Shown here: positions 40,542 to 53,126 of the stretch, piece by piece | Layout: each line of letters opens with the position of its first letter | How positions within the stretch are numbered: the stretch's first letter is position 1 | NCBI GenBank assembly: GCA_020137815.1 | Contig: CM035356.1 | Span: 3,534,001 to 3,598,000, forward strand | Origin: Hormiphora californensis | Taxonomy: Eukaryota > Animalia > Ctenophora | Direction of reading: 5' to 3' | Length of the DNA: 64,000 bases | Made by a program: the position numbers and the translations under genes | Notes under the pieces: generated by a model | The model's database searches: none | What the model was told of the DNA's origin: nothing | What the model saw: only the letters and a program-made list of their open reading frames with translations

Positions 40542-42337
40542 ATGTACGACTTGGTACGGAACCATGGGCAACACCCGCCTGATGAAAAGTTTAAGGTTGG
40601 ACACCAAAATGATGGGTCTGGGCACTATTGGGCGGTCCTGGTTGATACCCCTCATGGTCAGATCCCTGGGAAGGTAATGTTTGGTAAAATCAATATAATA
40701 ATAAGGACGATAGTGGCAGTGAGTCCCTACTAAAATCTTCTTCTCTGATCTTTGCATCAATGCGATTCATCTTTAAATTACGTGATAGGTATTGCTATTT
40801 ATTTAGTAATGTATTAAAACGTTTCTCCCAGGGACGCGCTGGGAAAGCCTGGTACTCTTACGGAGGGAAGGAAGTTGAAACACCCAACTTCTCACATTTC
40901 ATGGGTCGACCTGGGTGTCAGGTGTCACTGCAGAAATCCAGGTAATTGCAAGAAAACAGCTGCTAAAGATGTATTCTATGAAAACCACTCTATACTCACC
41001 TTCCCCTCTCAGATTCCCCAGATTCAAGAATATTTGAAACTGATATTCTAACAATTGACATCCAGCTCCCATCTCTTCCCTACAGGGTTCCCCCAGCTGG
41101 CGCAGTAACTGGACACCAGCACAACGTCGGTCCAGTGTACTCTGTGATTTGTCACCACACCCGGCACGGCAAGATACCAGGAAAGAGTGATGGCAAACAT
41201 GCGTGGTATGGGTGGGGAGGAAAGGAAACACAAACCAATGATTTCTCATATGTCGTCGTTACTCAGAGTAAGTTTTTAGATCACCATCCCCACCGCCTCA
41301 CCAGTCACCAACGAACTAATCCGGAGAATTGGTTGATATGAGATCATCCGCTGTGCATTGGCTGACGTAGATCTATATTTCCTTGAGTGCTAATGCACAC
41401 GCTGCATGCCACATGCCACATTTATTATTTTAGTAACACCCATTAACACAACCTTCTCTCTGCAGGTTATGTGCCACCACCTCAGCCCTACCCACCACAA
41501 CCCTACCCTCCCCTCCCCAACCCTACCCTGTCCCACCACGGCCCCACCCGGGTGGCTACCACCCACCCCATCATGGAGGAGGATATGGACCCCCTCCACA
41601 GGGGCTCTCCAACGGGATGACTGTCAGGTTCCGGTGTAAGACTGGCAAGAACCTCCGTGTCATGGCTAATGGGGATGTTAATGGAATGGGAGGAGATGGA
41701 CAATGGGGTAAGTGATGTGTGTGTGTGTGTTGTTAATTGAGTGATAGAAATATCCATGTCACTGGATTTTGTGATGACATTCAAACCGCAATGTCACAAA
41801 ATCTATTTGAACTATGACTACATGTTTAATAACACGACTTTTATTCTCAGCTACTTTCACCGTCCACGTGCTGGGACCTGGAAGGTATGGGTTTTGTAAC
41901 AAGAACAATTATTGGCTCGCAATCAAGGGAGGACGACCGTGCTCTGTAAGTTACAAACTCTCTCAATTAGTTACTATATTCGGCATAAAGATAAATAAAT
42001 GATTGGTAGGACACACGTCACACACCGATTAGACACCATAATCAGTTATATGCTGTTAACTCACAGAAATATGAAATATAATGCAGCGTGAGCTACACAA
42101 ATAACAAGGTCTATTGTTCTTCTCTTTTCGAAAACTAAAACAATCCGTCTCCTCCAGGCCATGGCGTATGGGGACCCTGATGCTGGATTCCTCCTCCATC
42201 TAAACTACGACAACTCTGTCTCCTTTGAGTCCCAGACCCACCCGGGTCGGTATATTGGGGTAAAGAGGAAGGGAGGTCACGCAAAGACGGCCGTTGGTGG
42301 CAAGCCATCCACCAAGTTCTACACTCAAGTTGTTTAA
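40542..42337 (+). CDS. Protein with two DM9-like repeats, a Pro/Gly/His-rich linker and a C-terminal beta-trefoil-like domain (6 exons; one apparent 1-nt frameshift near 41510)
   Basis: Spliced repeats HGQIPGKGRAGKAWYSYGGKE and VPPAGAVTG...HGKIPGKSDGKHAWYGWGGKE..DFSYVV; tail TVRFRCKTGKNLRV..GDGQWATFTV..YWLAI..VSFESQTHPGRYIGV..KFYTQVV*. Confidence 0.75.
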
Positions 42338-43599
42338 AGTGTGTCACCAAAAACTATGGACCTGATTATTGTTTCAAGTTGATTCTATTCTGCATTTTTT
42401 ACAAACTTTTAAAAGTTGCACGTTTTAATTCTGACCACCATTACATAATCAATTTAGTTGTTTTAAAGTTGTAAGTATCTGCTTTTTATAATAGATGTAA
42501 ATCTAAAAGGGCATCATTTGCATTTCTTTCCTTTTTGTTGTTTCTTTGCATGTTAAATGTTCATGATATTGTTTCAAAATCAAGTCACTGAGTTTCAATT
42601 TCCTCCAGCCCCTTTAGAGTCCAATTCCAGTGCCCGTCCTGGCCTCGTATCGCCCCCACCCGTTTTGCCCCAACTCAAGTCCATTTACCAACCTGAAGGA
42701 ACGCGCGGCAGTTTTCACATGCAAAGACTCTTATTGTCAGCCACTCTGCTGTACACATGTTGGCGCGCACAACACAAAATCGGGTTTTGGGTGATGTTCA
42801 AATCAGTTCCTATTGCAATTGATTGAAACCAAACCAACAGTCTTATCTCGCTGACCCTATATTTCAACCCTCTCCTTGCCCTAAATACAGTTCAAACTCC
42901 CACATTTACAGACTACAGCTATGACATGTGAACCAGAGCAAATATGGAGCCAGAAAATAGACATGCGGACACTGGCAGTTATGGGCACAGCTCTGCATGG
43001 CTACTGCAACTGTAGGGGAGAGACGCTTGAAATACAGAGTTCTTCATACAATAACTGTAAAGATAAACTTGGTGATCTCTAACATTGGTAAGTTCTTCAT
43101 TGGGAACGAATACTGTGCTCGGGAATGAATCAGAATGTGGTTATGCCGTCTAAGCTATAAATATAATTATAATTGGGCCGGCAGATACTATGTATCTTTG
43201 TTGAGTAATGGGTGAGAGAGCTCTCCAGTCTCCACCCCTTACTCAACAAATTTATCTGAGATAGTTTTTGTGCTTCTACTTGTATGACCCGTAACTAAAA
43301 CCATAAAAATTTTGACATCAGGAATTTTAAAATATCGATTATTTTTCTTCCAGTCAGAAGCGACCTGGGACTTGAAGGATTCTTGTTATGTTCTAACCCG
43401 AGGAACAAGGCGAAATGATGTATATTAGGATGCAGATTTGAAAAACCAACTCAATGAGATACTCATCATCAGAACTCGTAAGTTGATTCTTGAATTCATT
43501 TCATCTCCCACCCAGTTCATCTCCCACCTCACCTCTGATCCTTCACAATTCTGTCAGATATATGGGAAGCCAGACAATGCAATTCATTACAGATATATA

Positions 43600-43682
43600 C
43601 AGTCGGACCCCGATTTAACGGCCCCCGATTTAACGGACAAAACCCTTTCCCCTGAGGGTGCCGTTAAATCGGGGTCCGACTG
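43600..43682. mobile_element. Short MITE, CAGTCGGACCCCGATTTA family, TA TSD
   Basis: TA-CAGTCGGACCCCGATTTAACGG...CCGTTAAATCGGGGTCCGACTG-TA. Confidence 0.9.
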
Positions 43683-45346
43683 TACTGACGACGGCTGTCA
43701 AATAATATTTTCTTTTGTCACTTCTATGGCGATGGCATGCAAGTGCGAAATGTAAAGCTAGAACAGAATGATTACTGATCATTGCTGCAGCAGTGGTCAT
43801 CTCAAAACTATATTTTCTACCGATATGAATATCATATTGGTAGAATTATTTTTTTCCGATTTGTAATTTTCTCACCTCTTTGACATTGACAAGACGGTGA
43901 GAAAAGAAAATATTCCGTTTGACATGAAACTGAAATCTTTAATTATCTCAGACTTCCCCGACTGTTGTTCCACCTTCGCACTATCTAGCCCGGGTGTTTA
44001 TAGAGTCTTGCTAACCCCGTCTAACTGGTATTCTTGTCAACTTGTCTCGAATATATTTGTCTCTGTCCGGTAAAACTCGGCATATTCTTGTTGAGTAAGG
44101 GGTTCCTCCACCCCCTTGCTCGACAAGCATGTTTTGCATGAAACCCAGCCTGGTTTAACCCCCCTTTTGGAAGGATTAGATCATCAAATTCCCCGCGATA
44201 GGACTCGATATAATAGGATAGGGATTATTAGTCGAGCCTTGGCAAATCGATTGAGTGTGGATAATAAACGCTCGGGAGGGTGGATAAAATATCCGATATT
44301 AATCCATATGAAGTAGAGAGACCCGTACTGCATGAATATCGCACCAGTCCAACATGATGACTGATAGGCCTAATGGCTCAAACAATGATGTAAATGGGAT
44401 GGCTCCCCTAGTCCCCCCTAAAAGTAAAAAAGATATTGCCAAAGTTTTGATTTCATATAAATGTGCTTATTAGAGGCCCCTGTGTCTGGGGGATATGCCC
44501 TTCTTAGAGTCTCAATTCTCGGTCTATTCAATACTCTCTACCGGTAACATTATCATGATTAGAGTCGCCCGTGGGTAAATATTCCACGAGAATTCCTTTG
44601 CATTCATTCACCCTCATTTCCTTTTATTTATTTGTTGATTTACCAATCCAGCAAGTCTTTAGCCAACAGGGCCAACATGTATTCATGGTACTAGACGATC
44701 AAACAAATAGAATCGCTTCACCCCATTTACAGATCGTTAGACAACAGGTACTGATGAGATGCTCTTGCCTAACGACCTTCACTAACAATTGCTTTCGGTG
44801 TCTGCTCACGCTTGACGCTATGTGTACTAGAAACCAGAACTCGACGTCCTGTCTAGAAATCCCAGGATCGCTTTATATCTACTAGATAAGGAAAGCGATC
44901 TTGGGGTTTCTAGACTGTATGTTTAGTTTATTTCAGGTTATTTTTTTGGTCAGTCTGTTTAGACTATTGGTCTGTCCATACGGTGTGGTTAAAATATTGC
45001 CTCTCTCTCTACCCGACTGCCTCTGTTTTTCATTCCATTTGTATTTTTCATGACACTTTCCCATCTCTCAACATCACATTGTGATATTGAGAGATGTGAT
45101 TCACTTGATCAAATAGCCTCGAATAGTCGAATATTCATGACTAAAATATTATTCTTCTCTCATCTCTCTGTAAATATTCCTTCCCTCAAGGCGACATCCA
45201 CTTTTCACGTGTGTTTAACTTTCTCAACATGTACGTTTTGTGAAAATGGAGCACCCTCACTGCATCTCTTGTGCGGAAGAGAGTGAGAGAGGATCAGAGA
45301 GAGAGCTGAGAGAGAGCGAAGAGAGAGGAGAGAGGAGAGAAGAGAG

Positions 45347-45389
<43 letters not shown>

Positions 45390-47411
45390 GAGAGAGAGCG
45401 GGCGAGAGAGAGAGAGATAGTCGCTCTATCTAGTATCGCAGATAGCCGAGAGAGCTATCTATATCTCGCGAGAACGACGCTATCCTCCGTCTCTGAGCGC
45501 GATATCGCTCTAACTCTCTCTCTCCCCTCCCCTCTTCCTCTCTCTATCTCTCTATCTCTCTATCTCCCTATGTCTATCTTATCCTCACACTCCAGGGACA
45601 GCGGAACGTGTGATGCCTTATGTGAATATTATATGCTCTCGAGGTATCAGTTTTATAGCATAACCCGTCATTCCTGATCTTGCATGATAGAATTAGGGGC
45701 GATATATTATTTAACGCTCCTCCAGGGGAGCGATCCAGTGTGTTGAATATGCATCATGCCATTACAGTTCTAGTGTTGAGTTGACCGTGGAGTGTGATTG
45801 AAGTGTTGAGTTGATCTAAGTGAGAGGACAGGTTCAAAAACCCGTCAGACTGATATTAGATTGAGCTGCAATGTGCTGCATAATGAAAGAGAGAGGTAGA
45901 CAGTGAGACTCAGAGAGGGTCCTAGTGGATTCTTGAGTAGCAAGTGGATGAGTAGGTACATTTTAGGCTTTAAATAGAGGGCTTTTCTTTCTCTGTACGT
46001 AGTACTGGTCTAGTACTACGTACAGAGAAACAACTCCAGGAGTAGAGTTTTGGTACTTCTGGAATTGGCATTTAATTGTAGAGACTGAATCCCACTCAGG
46101 AAAAATTCGTACACCCCTTGCCCCTACAGTTGGTACAATACACTGCAAAGTACTACTCGGACTCCAGAGGTTTTGTAACCCCCAGCCGTGATAATTGTAC
46201 CTGACATCGTATAGTCTTACTTGATTCATTGTAAAATTCCCAAAGTAACCCAGCCAGACTGCCAGAAATTGCAGTGCCATTATAGCATGATATTGCTAGT
46301 ACTAAGTGTTCCCTGTCCTCTCGTTCTCCTTCTACCTCTCTCGTTCTCTCTCTCTCTCTCCCTTCATTCTTGAAATTCCGCTTCGTAACCCTAACTTGAC
46401 GTCTCAACACTTCAATATTTCCCTGTCCTTATTCTCTGTCCTTATTCCCTGTCCTTATTCCCTGCCTTTTACTGATAGTTTCCTTGCCTAAAACACCTAA
46501 AATACTGAAGTTTTAAACTTAAAATATATTTGGTCGGAAGGCCAGGATTAAACTTCTAACGGAGGAGAGGGAGTTCTCTCATTTACCCTGATATCAAATA
46601 CAGGAGGATGGTCCATATATTCGGAAAGACCCGGCTCCTCTTTCCTCGCCTTGTTGTTTCAGAAAGAACCCCTTGCCCTGTTATACGAGGTTTATTTTCC
46701 CCATTGAGTGATGTGTGGCTACATTCCCACACATTCGACCAGCAGATGTCCCTCCTCGGCCCCCTCATATAACACATATATATCCTAAACTAAGTGAATT
46801 TCATGATGCGGCTCCTTTTTATAAACACCTCACAGTCATTCGCATCTCACAGTCCTTCTTAGATCTCTAAGAACATCACCCACCTCAATCTCTTCTTGTC
46901 ATACTGCATTGTAACATCTCGCACGCTGCGAAAGTAACTACTCACTCACCGGGGCTTTGTAGTCTCGGTCAGTAACTGGCAACTGTGTTTTGTTGTTACG
47001 TATCAGTCCAGAACATGGGACACTTTGATACACGGCCCCTATACTCTATCATTTACCCATTTAATTCACATTCAATCGATATAAAAAGGGACTAAGCGCA
47101 GAGCTGGTTTTGCCTAACGACGTTGCAAGGTCCAAAATGGCTTTATGAAATGTTCCACTGTTCATGTTTATTAGCTGCAGCTGTAATAGTTCCAGGTTCA
47201 ACATCTCAAGTTGACAATGCTTGATAATCTTTTTCCCTGAGGGCACCTTTCTTCTTTGTAATTCTGGTGCGTGCGGTAAGCTCGCTCCTTTCTCTCTCTC
47301 CTCTCTAGGATAGGGTAGCGAAGAGAGATAGAAAAAAGCAGAGCGAGAGAGAAGAGCGAGAGCGCGTGAGAGAGATCTCGAGCTACGGACTCTTTTCTCC
47401 TCTTGCTATCA

Positions 47412-47482
<71 letters not shown>

Positions 47483-47783
47483 CTCTCTTTTCTCAAATTC
47501 CCGTTGCTCTTCTAGTTTCTCATGCAACGAATATAGTTTGAAACGTAGGAACTTAATTTTACCGCTTCAGCATAAAATTATCACCTTTAACTTGAAATAA
47601 TTTATGCCGTTTCCTATTATGACTGGACCCCAACGCGGCCTCTATAATAGTTTATCCAGGGGTTACCAATTTCTCTATCTGATTGCTGTATTTGACCAAC
47701 TGAAATGCTTTCTTCTGCCTCCTTCTTGAAAGTATTTCGAATTTCTAACCCTCTGATCCCCTGCATAGTTACAGATTTGAGGC

Positions 47784-50064
47784 ATGGTTCTGGAGGTAGC
47801 TGGGTATACCATTGTGGATGATGGACTGCTGGGGATGGGGCTGGTCAGGGAGATAGTCGCTGAGATCCTTGGGACCTCCTTCTTGGTCTACTTAGGGTGT
47901 GGAGGTATGTTGTTAGTATGTATTTCTAAACCACTCCACTAAAAGTTAATTTCTAAACCCCTCGATCCCCCCCCCCCTCGATGTTGGTGTATATTGTGAC
48001 CAACCCATGATTTTTAGAATCTTTCTGAGCCTAATCTATCCACGTGGAATAATTGGTCTGGCAATCTATAGCTCTAATCCTGACATACCCCCTCCAAGGT
48101 GTAGCCGGGGCCTGCCTTGCCAATGGTGATGGGACAAGTGCAGCAGCAAAGGTCCTTTACCTGTCCCTCGCCTTTGGAATCGGAATTGGAGCTGTTGTTC
48201 ACATGTTCTCTGATATTAGTGGGGGTCAGCTGAATCCCGCTGTCTCTTTTGGACTGTTCTTCGCCAGGAAACTCTCACTCATCAAGACTCTCATCTTCTC
48301 TGTTTGCCAAATTGTCGGTGGAATTGTTGGTGCTGGTAAGATACACTTGCAGGTTATGATAATATCAAGTTCCCAATTAAATGGGGACTTGGTGTTATTA
48401 TACAGTCGGACCCCGATTTAGGGCCCCCCGATTTAGTGGCCCCCGATTTAGGGCCAGGATTTTTTTCCCCGATATAGGAAATTAACCTTATTTGACCCTG
48501 ATTTAGTGGACACCCTGATTTAGTGGACAAGAGCCTTTCCCCCGAGGGTGTCCCTTAATCGGGGTCCGACTGTAGTTGGGAAATGGGTGTTATTATAGTT
48601 GTGTGTCCTTGAACTCTTTTAGTTTTACTATATTTCAACATAGCCCATGCGGCTCCTGCATTTGCATTGTGCATGCCACCTAGGATCATAGCTTATCGCA
48701 TAGGGTCATCTCTGTGACCGTTGCAAAAGACTACAGAGTGGGCGAGAGAAATATTAGCACTCGCTCATTCAGACTCCCTCTCTGTACGACCTTTGTAGAG
48801 CAATTCTACCCTCGCATATTCGCATATTTATGCTTCAAAAAATCGTATGGCCAGATATATTTTCCATCAGCTTTGTGACGGTTGCTAAAGTTTCATTCAC
48901 GGATCTCAGAGAGGGAGGGGAGAGCGAGGGAGGGGAAGAGAGGGAGAGGAAGAAAAAAATAGATTCAGAGAGAGAGAAAGAGAGATAAAAACAAAAAGAT
49001 CTAGGAAATCCAATCGAATTTCAATTTCCAAGTTAGTCGTGAAGATTGGAAAAGTTTCAATATTTTCTATTTTTAGGTGTATTGAAGATTAGTATCCCGG
49101 GAAATCTGACTACGGAAATTGCTGGTGAAGGTGTCTTCCCTGGAACTGTCTCTGTCCATGAAGACCTCTCAGTCGGCCAGGTACCTATTATCTGTCAGGC
49201 CAATGCTCTGACCATGACAGTTCTCAGGCGCTCCTTGTTTGATTTTGAAGAAATGAGAATAGGGTCAGGCCAATGCTCTGACAGGGTATTATTATTTAGA
49301 GCCATACATGTTCTATCCATGATATGACTAGATTATCAGCTAACAGCTGTTATTTCGTATAGGAGGGGTTCCTTCATGCCACTGTATAATTTCAACTTTA
49401 TCCAACCCCTTCCTCACTCCTCCTCACAACTTCACCCCTTCTCAGGGTTTCCTGTACGAGTTTATGGGCACTCTCATCCTGGTGATCACCGTTCTGGCGA
49501 CAATTAACGGTGCTCGTGGACAGGGATCCAATTACCTCCAACCTCTATCCATTGGTCTTGCCATCTTTGTTATTCATCTTGTCGTGGTAAGGGTTGTCTC
49601 ATATGCGCGACTGTCCTGAAGACTCAGCCGCATCGGGCCAAAGGCCCAAAGGCTGAGTGCGTGAGGCCGCTAGCGAATCGAGACATTTTCAGCTTTCTTT
49701 CCTATCTAACTTTTTCTCCATTCCCCAGGCTCCCTTCACTGGATCTGGAATCAACCCCGCCCGCTCTCTCGCCTCCAACATGTTTAGCAAGAATGGTATC
49801 GGAGGAGATTTCTTTGTAAGTTATTGCCCAAACAGATAAATCAAAATATCCTCGATTTATACTATATCCAATAACTTGATAGTTTTCATACCGGACAAAA
49901 TGTATCATTCCAGCACTGCCTAACGTATACCCCAATCTCAGATCTACATTTTTGGCCCCCTCCTCGCCTCCTTGGTCGGTGGTGTGCTCTACGAGTTCTT
50001 CTTCTCTCCTCACTACAATAAAGCTCACCAAAAGCTGAATGGACAGGAAATGGATGATATCTAG
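47784..50064 (+). CDS. Aquaporin (MIP family), 6 exons
   Basis: AEILGT, ISGGQLNPAVS, YEFMGTLILV, FTGSGINPARS, YIFGPLL; both NPA boxes present. Confidence 0.93.
48403..48572. mobile_element. MITE, CAGTCGGACCCCGATTTA family, in an aquaporin intron
   Basis: TA-CAGTCGGACCCCGATTTA...TAATCGGGGTCCGACTG-TA. Confidence 0.9.
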
Positions 50065-50572
50065 AGACATAATAATTATTATTACTTCTACTGCTAGTCT
50101 ATCTTCCTTATCATATTATTATTATTCATATCCCGGATAGTGTCCAACATGCACCTTGGAGTTGGAAGTTCCGGCCACCATTACCATTTACCATTGCATC
50201 TAGTATAACACAAACTGTTCAAATTATAGCATCATGAGGGTTTTATACTGATAGTGATAAAGTGAGATGTTTGAAACTTTGTTGTTAAAGTTGAAGATGA
50301 ATTGAACTTGAAGAAAATGTTTATTGTTTAAGTTTTGTTCACAATTTTATTCGGGTCCTACTCCTACTACAAGCTTACATAAATTGTTTAAAGCTAAATG
50401 GGTGCAAATTGTACGGATAGATACGGGCATATAGATGTCCTGCAAGAATCAATGACGTCATAGCGTACAAATCGCGATGACGTCATTAAATACACGCGCA
50501 AATATGTTGCCGCGCCGCGCGAGTTTCCAAAACCACGCGCGCGAAGAAACATGAATATCCAACATGAATATT

Positions 50573-50794
50573 TAGTGGAAGCTCTTACGGTAATTCCCAC
50601 GCCCCGTGGGAAAGTTTTCGAGCGTGGGAAAGTTTTCAAACCGTGGGAAAAGAGAGATACATACAATAACTATAAAAAATAAATTGTTTTTTTTTAGTTA
50701 TTGTATGTATCTCTCTTTTCCCACGGTTTGAAAACTTTCCCACGCTCGAAAACTTTCCCACGGGGCGTGGGAATTACCGTAAGAGCTTCCACTA
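50573..50794. mobile_element. Palindromic MITE, TAG...CTA termini, 3-bp TSD ATT (Academ-like)
   Basis: ATT|TAGTGGAAGCTCTTACGG...CCGTAAGAGCTTCCACTA|ATT; arms approx 100 bp. Confidence 0.9.
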
Positions 50795-50803
50795 ATTCAA
50801 CTT

Positions 50804-51336
50804 GACGTCTCGGCCAGAGGTGTGTGGAGCCCGCTTGACAAGGTTTACACGGATATAAGGGTTTTCAACTCTTTGGCACCCACTAACAACCGCCAGTCCG
50901 TGGATGACACTTTTCGGAGACACGAACAGGAGAAGATCCGGAACTATAACGACCGTGTAATACAGGTAGAAAAGGCGACTTTCATGCCGCTTGTGTTCTC
51001 TACTACAGGCCTGATGGGTCCTAAGGCGGAAGTTTTTTACAAACGGGCTGCCACCCTTCTATCCAACAAAACAGGCCACACCTACAGTGACTCCATCCGC
51101 TATATCCGGCTCCGCCTTTCATTTTGTCTGCTGAAGACTATACTGATATCAATAAGGGGGTACAGAGGAAACTGTTTTACCCGATTTAATTCTTATGACA
51201 ATGATTTTAACCTTATAATCTAACTTATTACTTTTATAGTCCTAATGACCAACTTAATGTGTATATAGTGATTGTGTAACCTGATTTATTTCGTCTATAA
51301 AGTTGAACCGGTCAACCCGGCCTTCCAAAAACAACA
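50804..51336 (+). mobile_element. 5'-truncated non-LTR retrotransposon (CRE-like) retaining the restriction-like endonuclease C-terminus, 3' UTR and A/AAC tail
   Basis: LDVSARGVW..YTDIRVFN..HEQEKIRNYNDRVIQVEKATFMPLVFSTTGLMG..RLRLSFCLL..IRGYR resembles CRE-clade RLE; flanked by a duplicated ACTAATTCAACTT. Confidence 0.8.
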
Positions 51337-52154
51337 ACTAATTCAACTTAAACGACGCAAAACTTCAAGTTTCAAACTTGGCTTCTTTAGAGTTTCTACC
51401 TCGGCGTCGGCCCTCCCCCAAGGCACGCATTGCATGTGTCATGTGGGAGGGAAAACCCTTCTTCTACGACCTTCGTTTGATAATTTTCTCTTAGCTACCT
51501 AGATCTTGACCCAATCTGAGAATATCCGCTTTGGCATTGAGCGGTATCATCAATCATGATTCCATGAACCGAGTAAATTTTGATATATGATGAATGGTGA
51601 TGAGATTGGAATGACATTCTCTTTATCTTAGCCCTTTTACAGTTGACACGACTTTTATTATAAGATCGAAATTTCGACTCTGATAATTTTTATGAAAACT
51701 ACCGCCAAATCCAAACTGCAAACCGTAAGCTGCGGTTAATCACAATTTAATTTGCCCGCGTCGGTGCAGTGTCTCCCACTAACTTTTTTGTGGTGTTATT
51801 ACCTTAAAAGGGCATGTATCGCTCAGTATTAAATCACGTCATGCACGTTGGCTCTCTTTTTTCCTGCTTGGGGGTACCGCCCATTTTATCTCTCCTAATA
51901 TGGTCACGATACGGGGCAACCCCCAACCACAGGGGTGTTACAACTTTCATGGTATAAATGCCCCACAGGAGTTGCCATTTAGTAACTGCCTCATAAGTCA
52001 TACTTAAGTTATATTTCTCTTGAACTTTAACATCCTTGTGCTTTGAACATTATTTAATCTTCAATAAATCATTCAATTCATCTCTTTTATTGAATTTTAA
52101 ACTTATTGAAAGCATTCAGTTACTAAACCATTTACTTCCTATAGTTGAATTGCC

Positions 52155-53126
52155 ATGGCCTCCGGTATTGCTATCGATGCAGAGTGCAAGGGACTGTACG
52201 ACAAGTTCCAGACCGGAGAGAAAGTCTTCAGGTGCATCGCCTTCCGAGTCTCCCCGGACATGAAGGTTAGTCTTCGTTAGAGGATACGTTCTCTTGTTGT
52301 CCACCATCTCCACCAAATCGATAGGGTGATTTCATGTTATCACGACATAGTAGTTGATTCACATTATTGTTTTCCTAAACGTTTTGATACCATCCTCCCT
52401 GTGTAAAACAGCTGAGCAGCAGCGTATAGATATATCCCTTTGAAGGGAACTACCCTACCAATTTTAGTATAATCCCGATACCTGCTCATCGTATCATCCC
52501 CCCCCCCCCTCACCACCAACTAATCCCAACAACAGAGGGTTATTCCGGACGATGAGAAGTGGCAGATCAAGAAGGATACAAGTATCTGCCAGAGGGAGGA
52601 CACCAAGAATGCTATGCAACTTCTGTGCAACCAGCTCGTTACCGGTAAGTACAACCAGGAGTTCTCCTATAAATCCTTTTTTTTCCCCATCAGAACCTAT
52701 CCGAAACTAATTCCGTCGCTCATTTTCAGGAGACGACAAGTCAAACGCCCAGCCTCGATGGATTATTTTTAACTTTGAGTTTGAGACTGCAATTGACAAG
52801 CGGTCTACAGACAAGTCTATCTTTATTAAGTGGTGCCCTGAGACCTCTACCATCAAGAACAGGATGGTGTTCACGACCTCGACAAAAGGACTCACCGACT
52901 ATCTGAACGTGAGTGCTGACTCAATTTTAATTATGTTCATTTCAACTGTATCATACCTAGTTGTGATTGTGTGGCTCGCACCATCAGTGCGCTGTGATGT
53001 TTCGGTAGATCAAAGTTGTGACTAAAACTCCATTTCCCCCAGACGAGTGCAACTGCCATCCAAGCTGACTCGGTCGACGAAATTAAGGAGGTCCTTGGCA
53101 AGTTAGAGAATGGAAACATCAAATAA
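52155..53126 (+). CDS. ADF/cofilin family protein, paralog B; exons 52155-52265, ~52536-52644, ~52730-52908, ~53043-53126
   Basis: MASGIAIDAECKGLYDKF...QPRWIIFNFEFET..KSIFIKWCPETSTIKNRMVF...IQADSVDEIKEVLGKLENGNIK*; same intron positions as paralog A. Confidence 0.9.

Noticed and set aside
35354-40733. Duplicated identical ORFs on opposite strands (77 aa; 116/207 aa) as transposase genes
   Set aside because: They are mirror images within palindrome arms with no DDE or HTH motif; only the 3' end of 40110-40733 belongs to the DM9 gene.
45290-45570. Scrambled GA/CT self-complementary sequence (also 47280-47400)
   Set aside because: Looks like poor consensus across opposing microsatellites; no definable element.
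42910-46500. Possible additional exons or ORFs (for example 45963-46280)
   Set aside because: Could not be assembled into a phase-consistent gene, and no family motif was seen.
47775-47783. ATTTGAG as part of a spliced-leader RNA gene
   Set aside because: Only 7 nt match to my recollection of the leader end, with no following GT donor or Sm site; no SL RNA gene was found.
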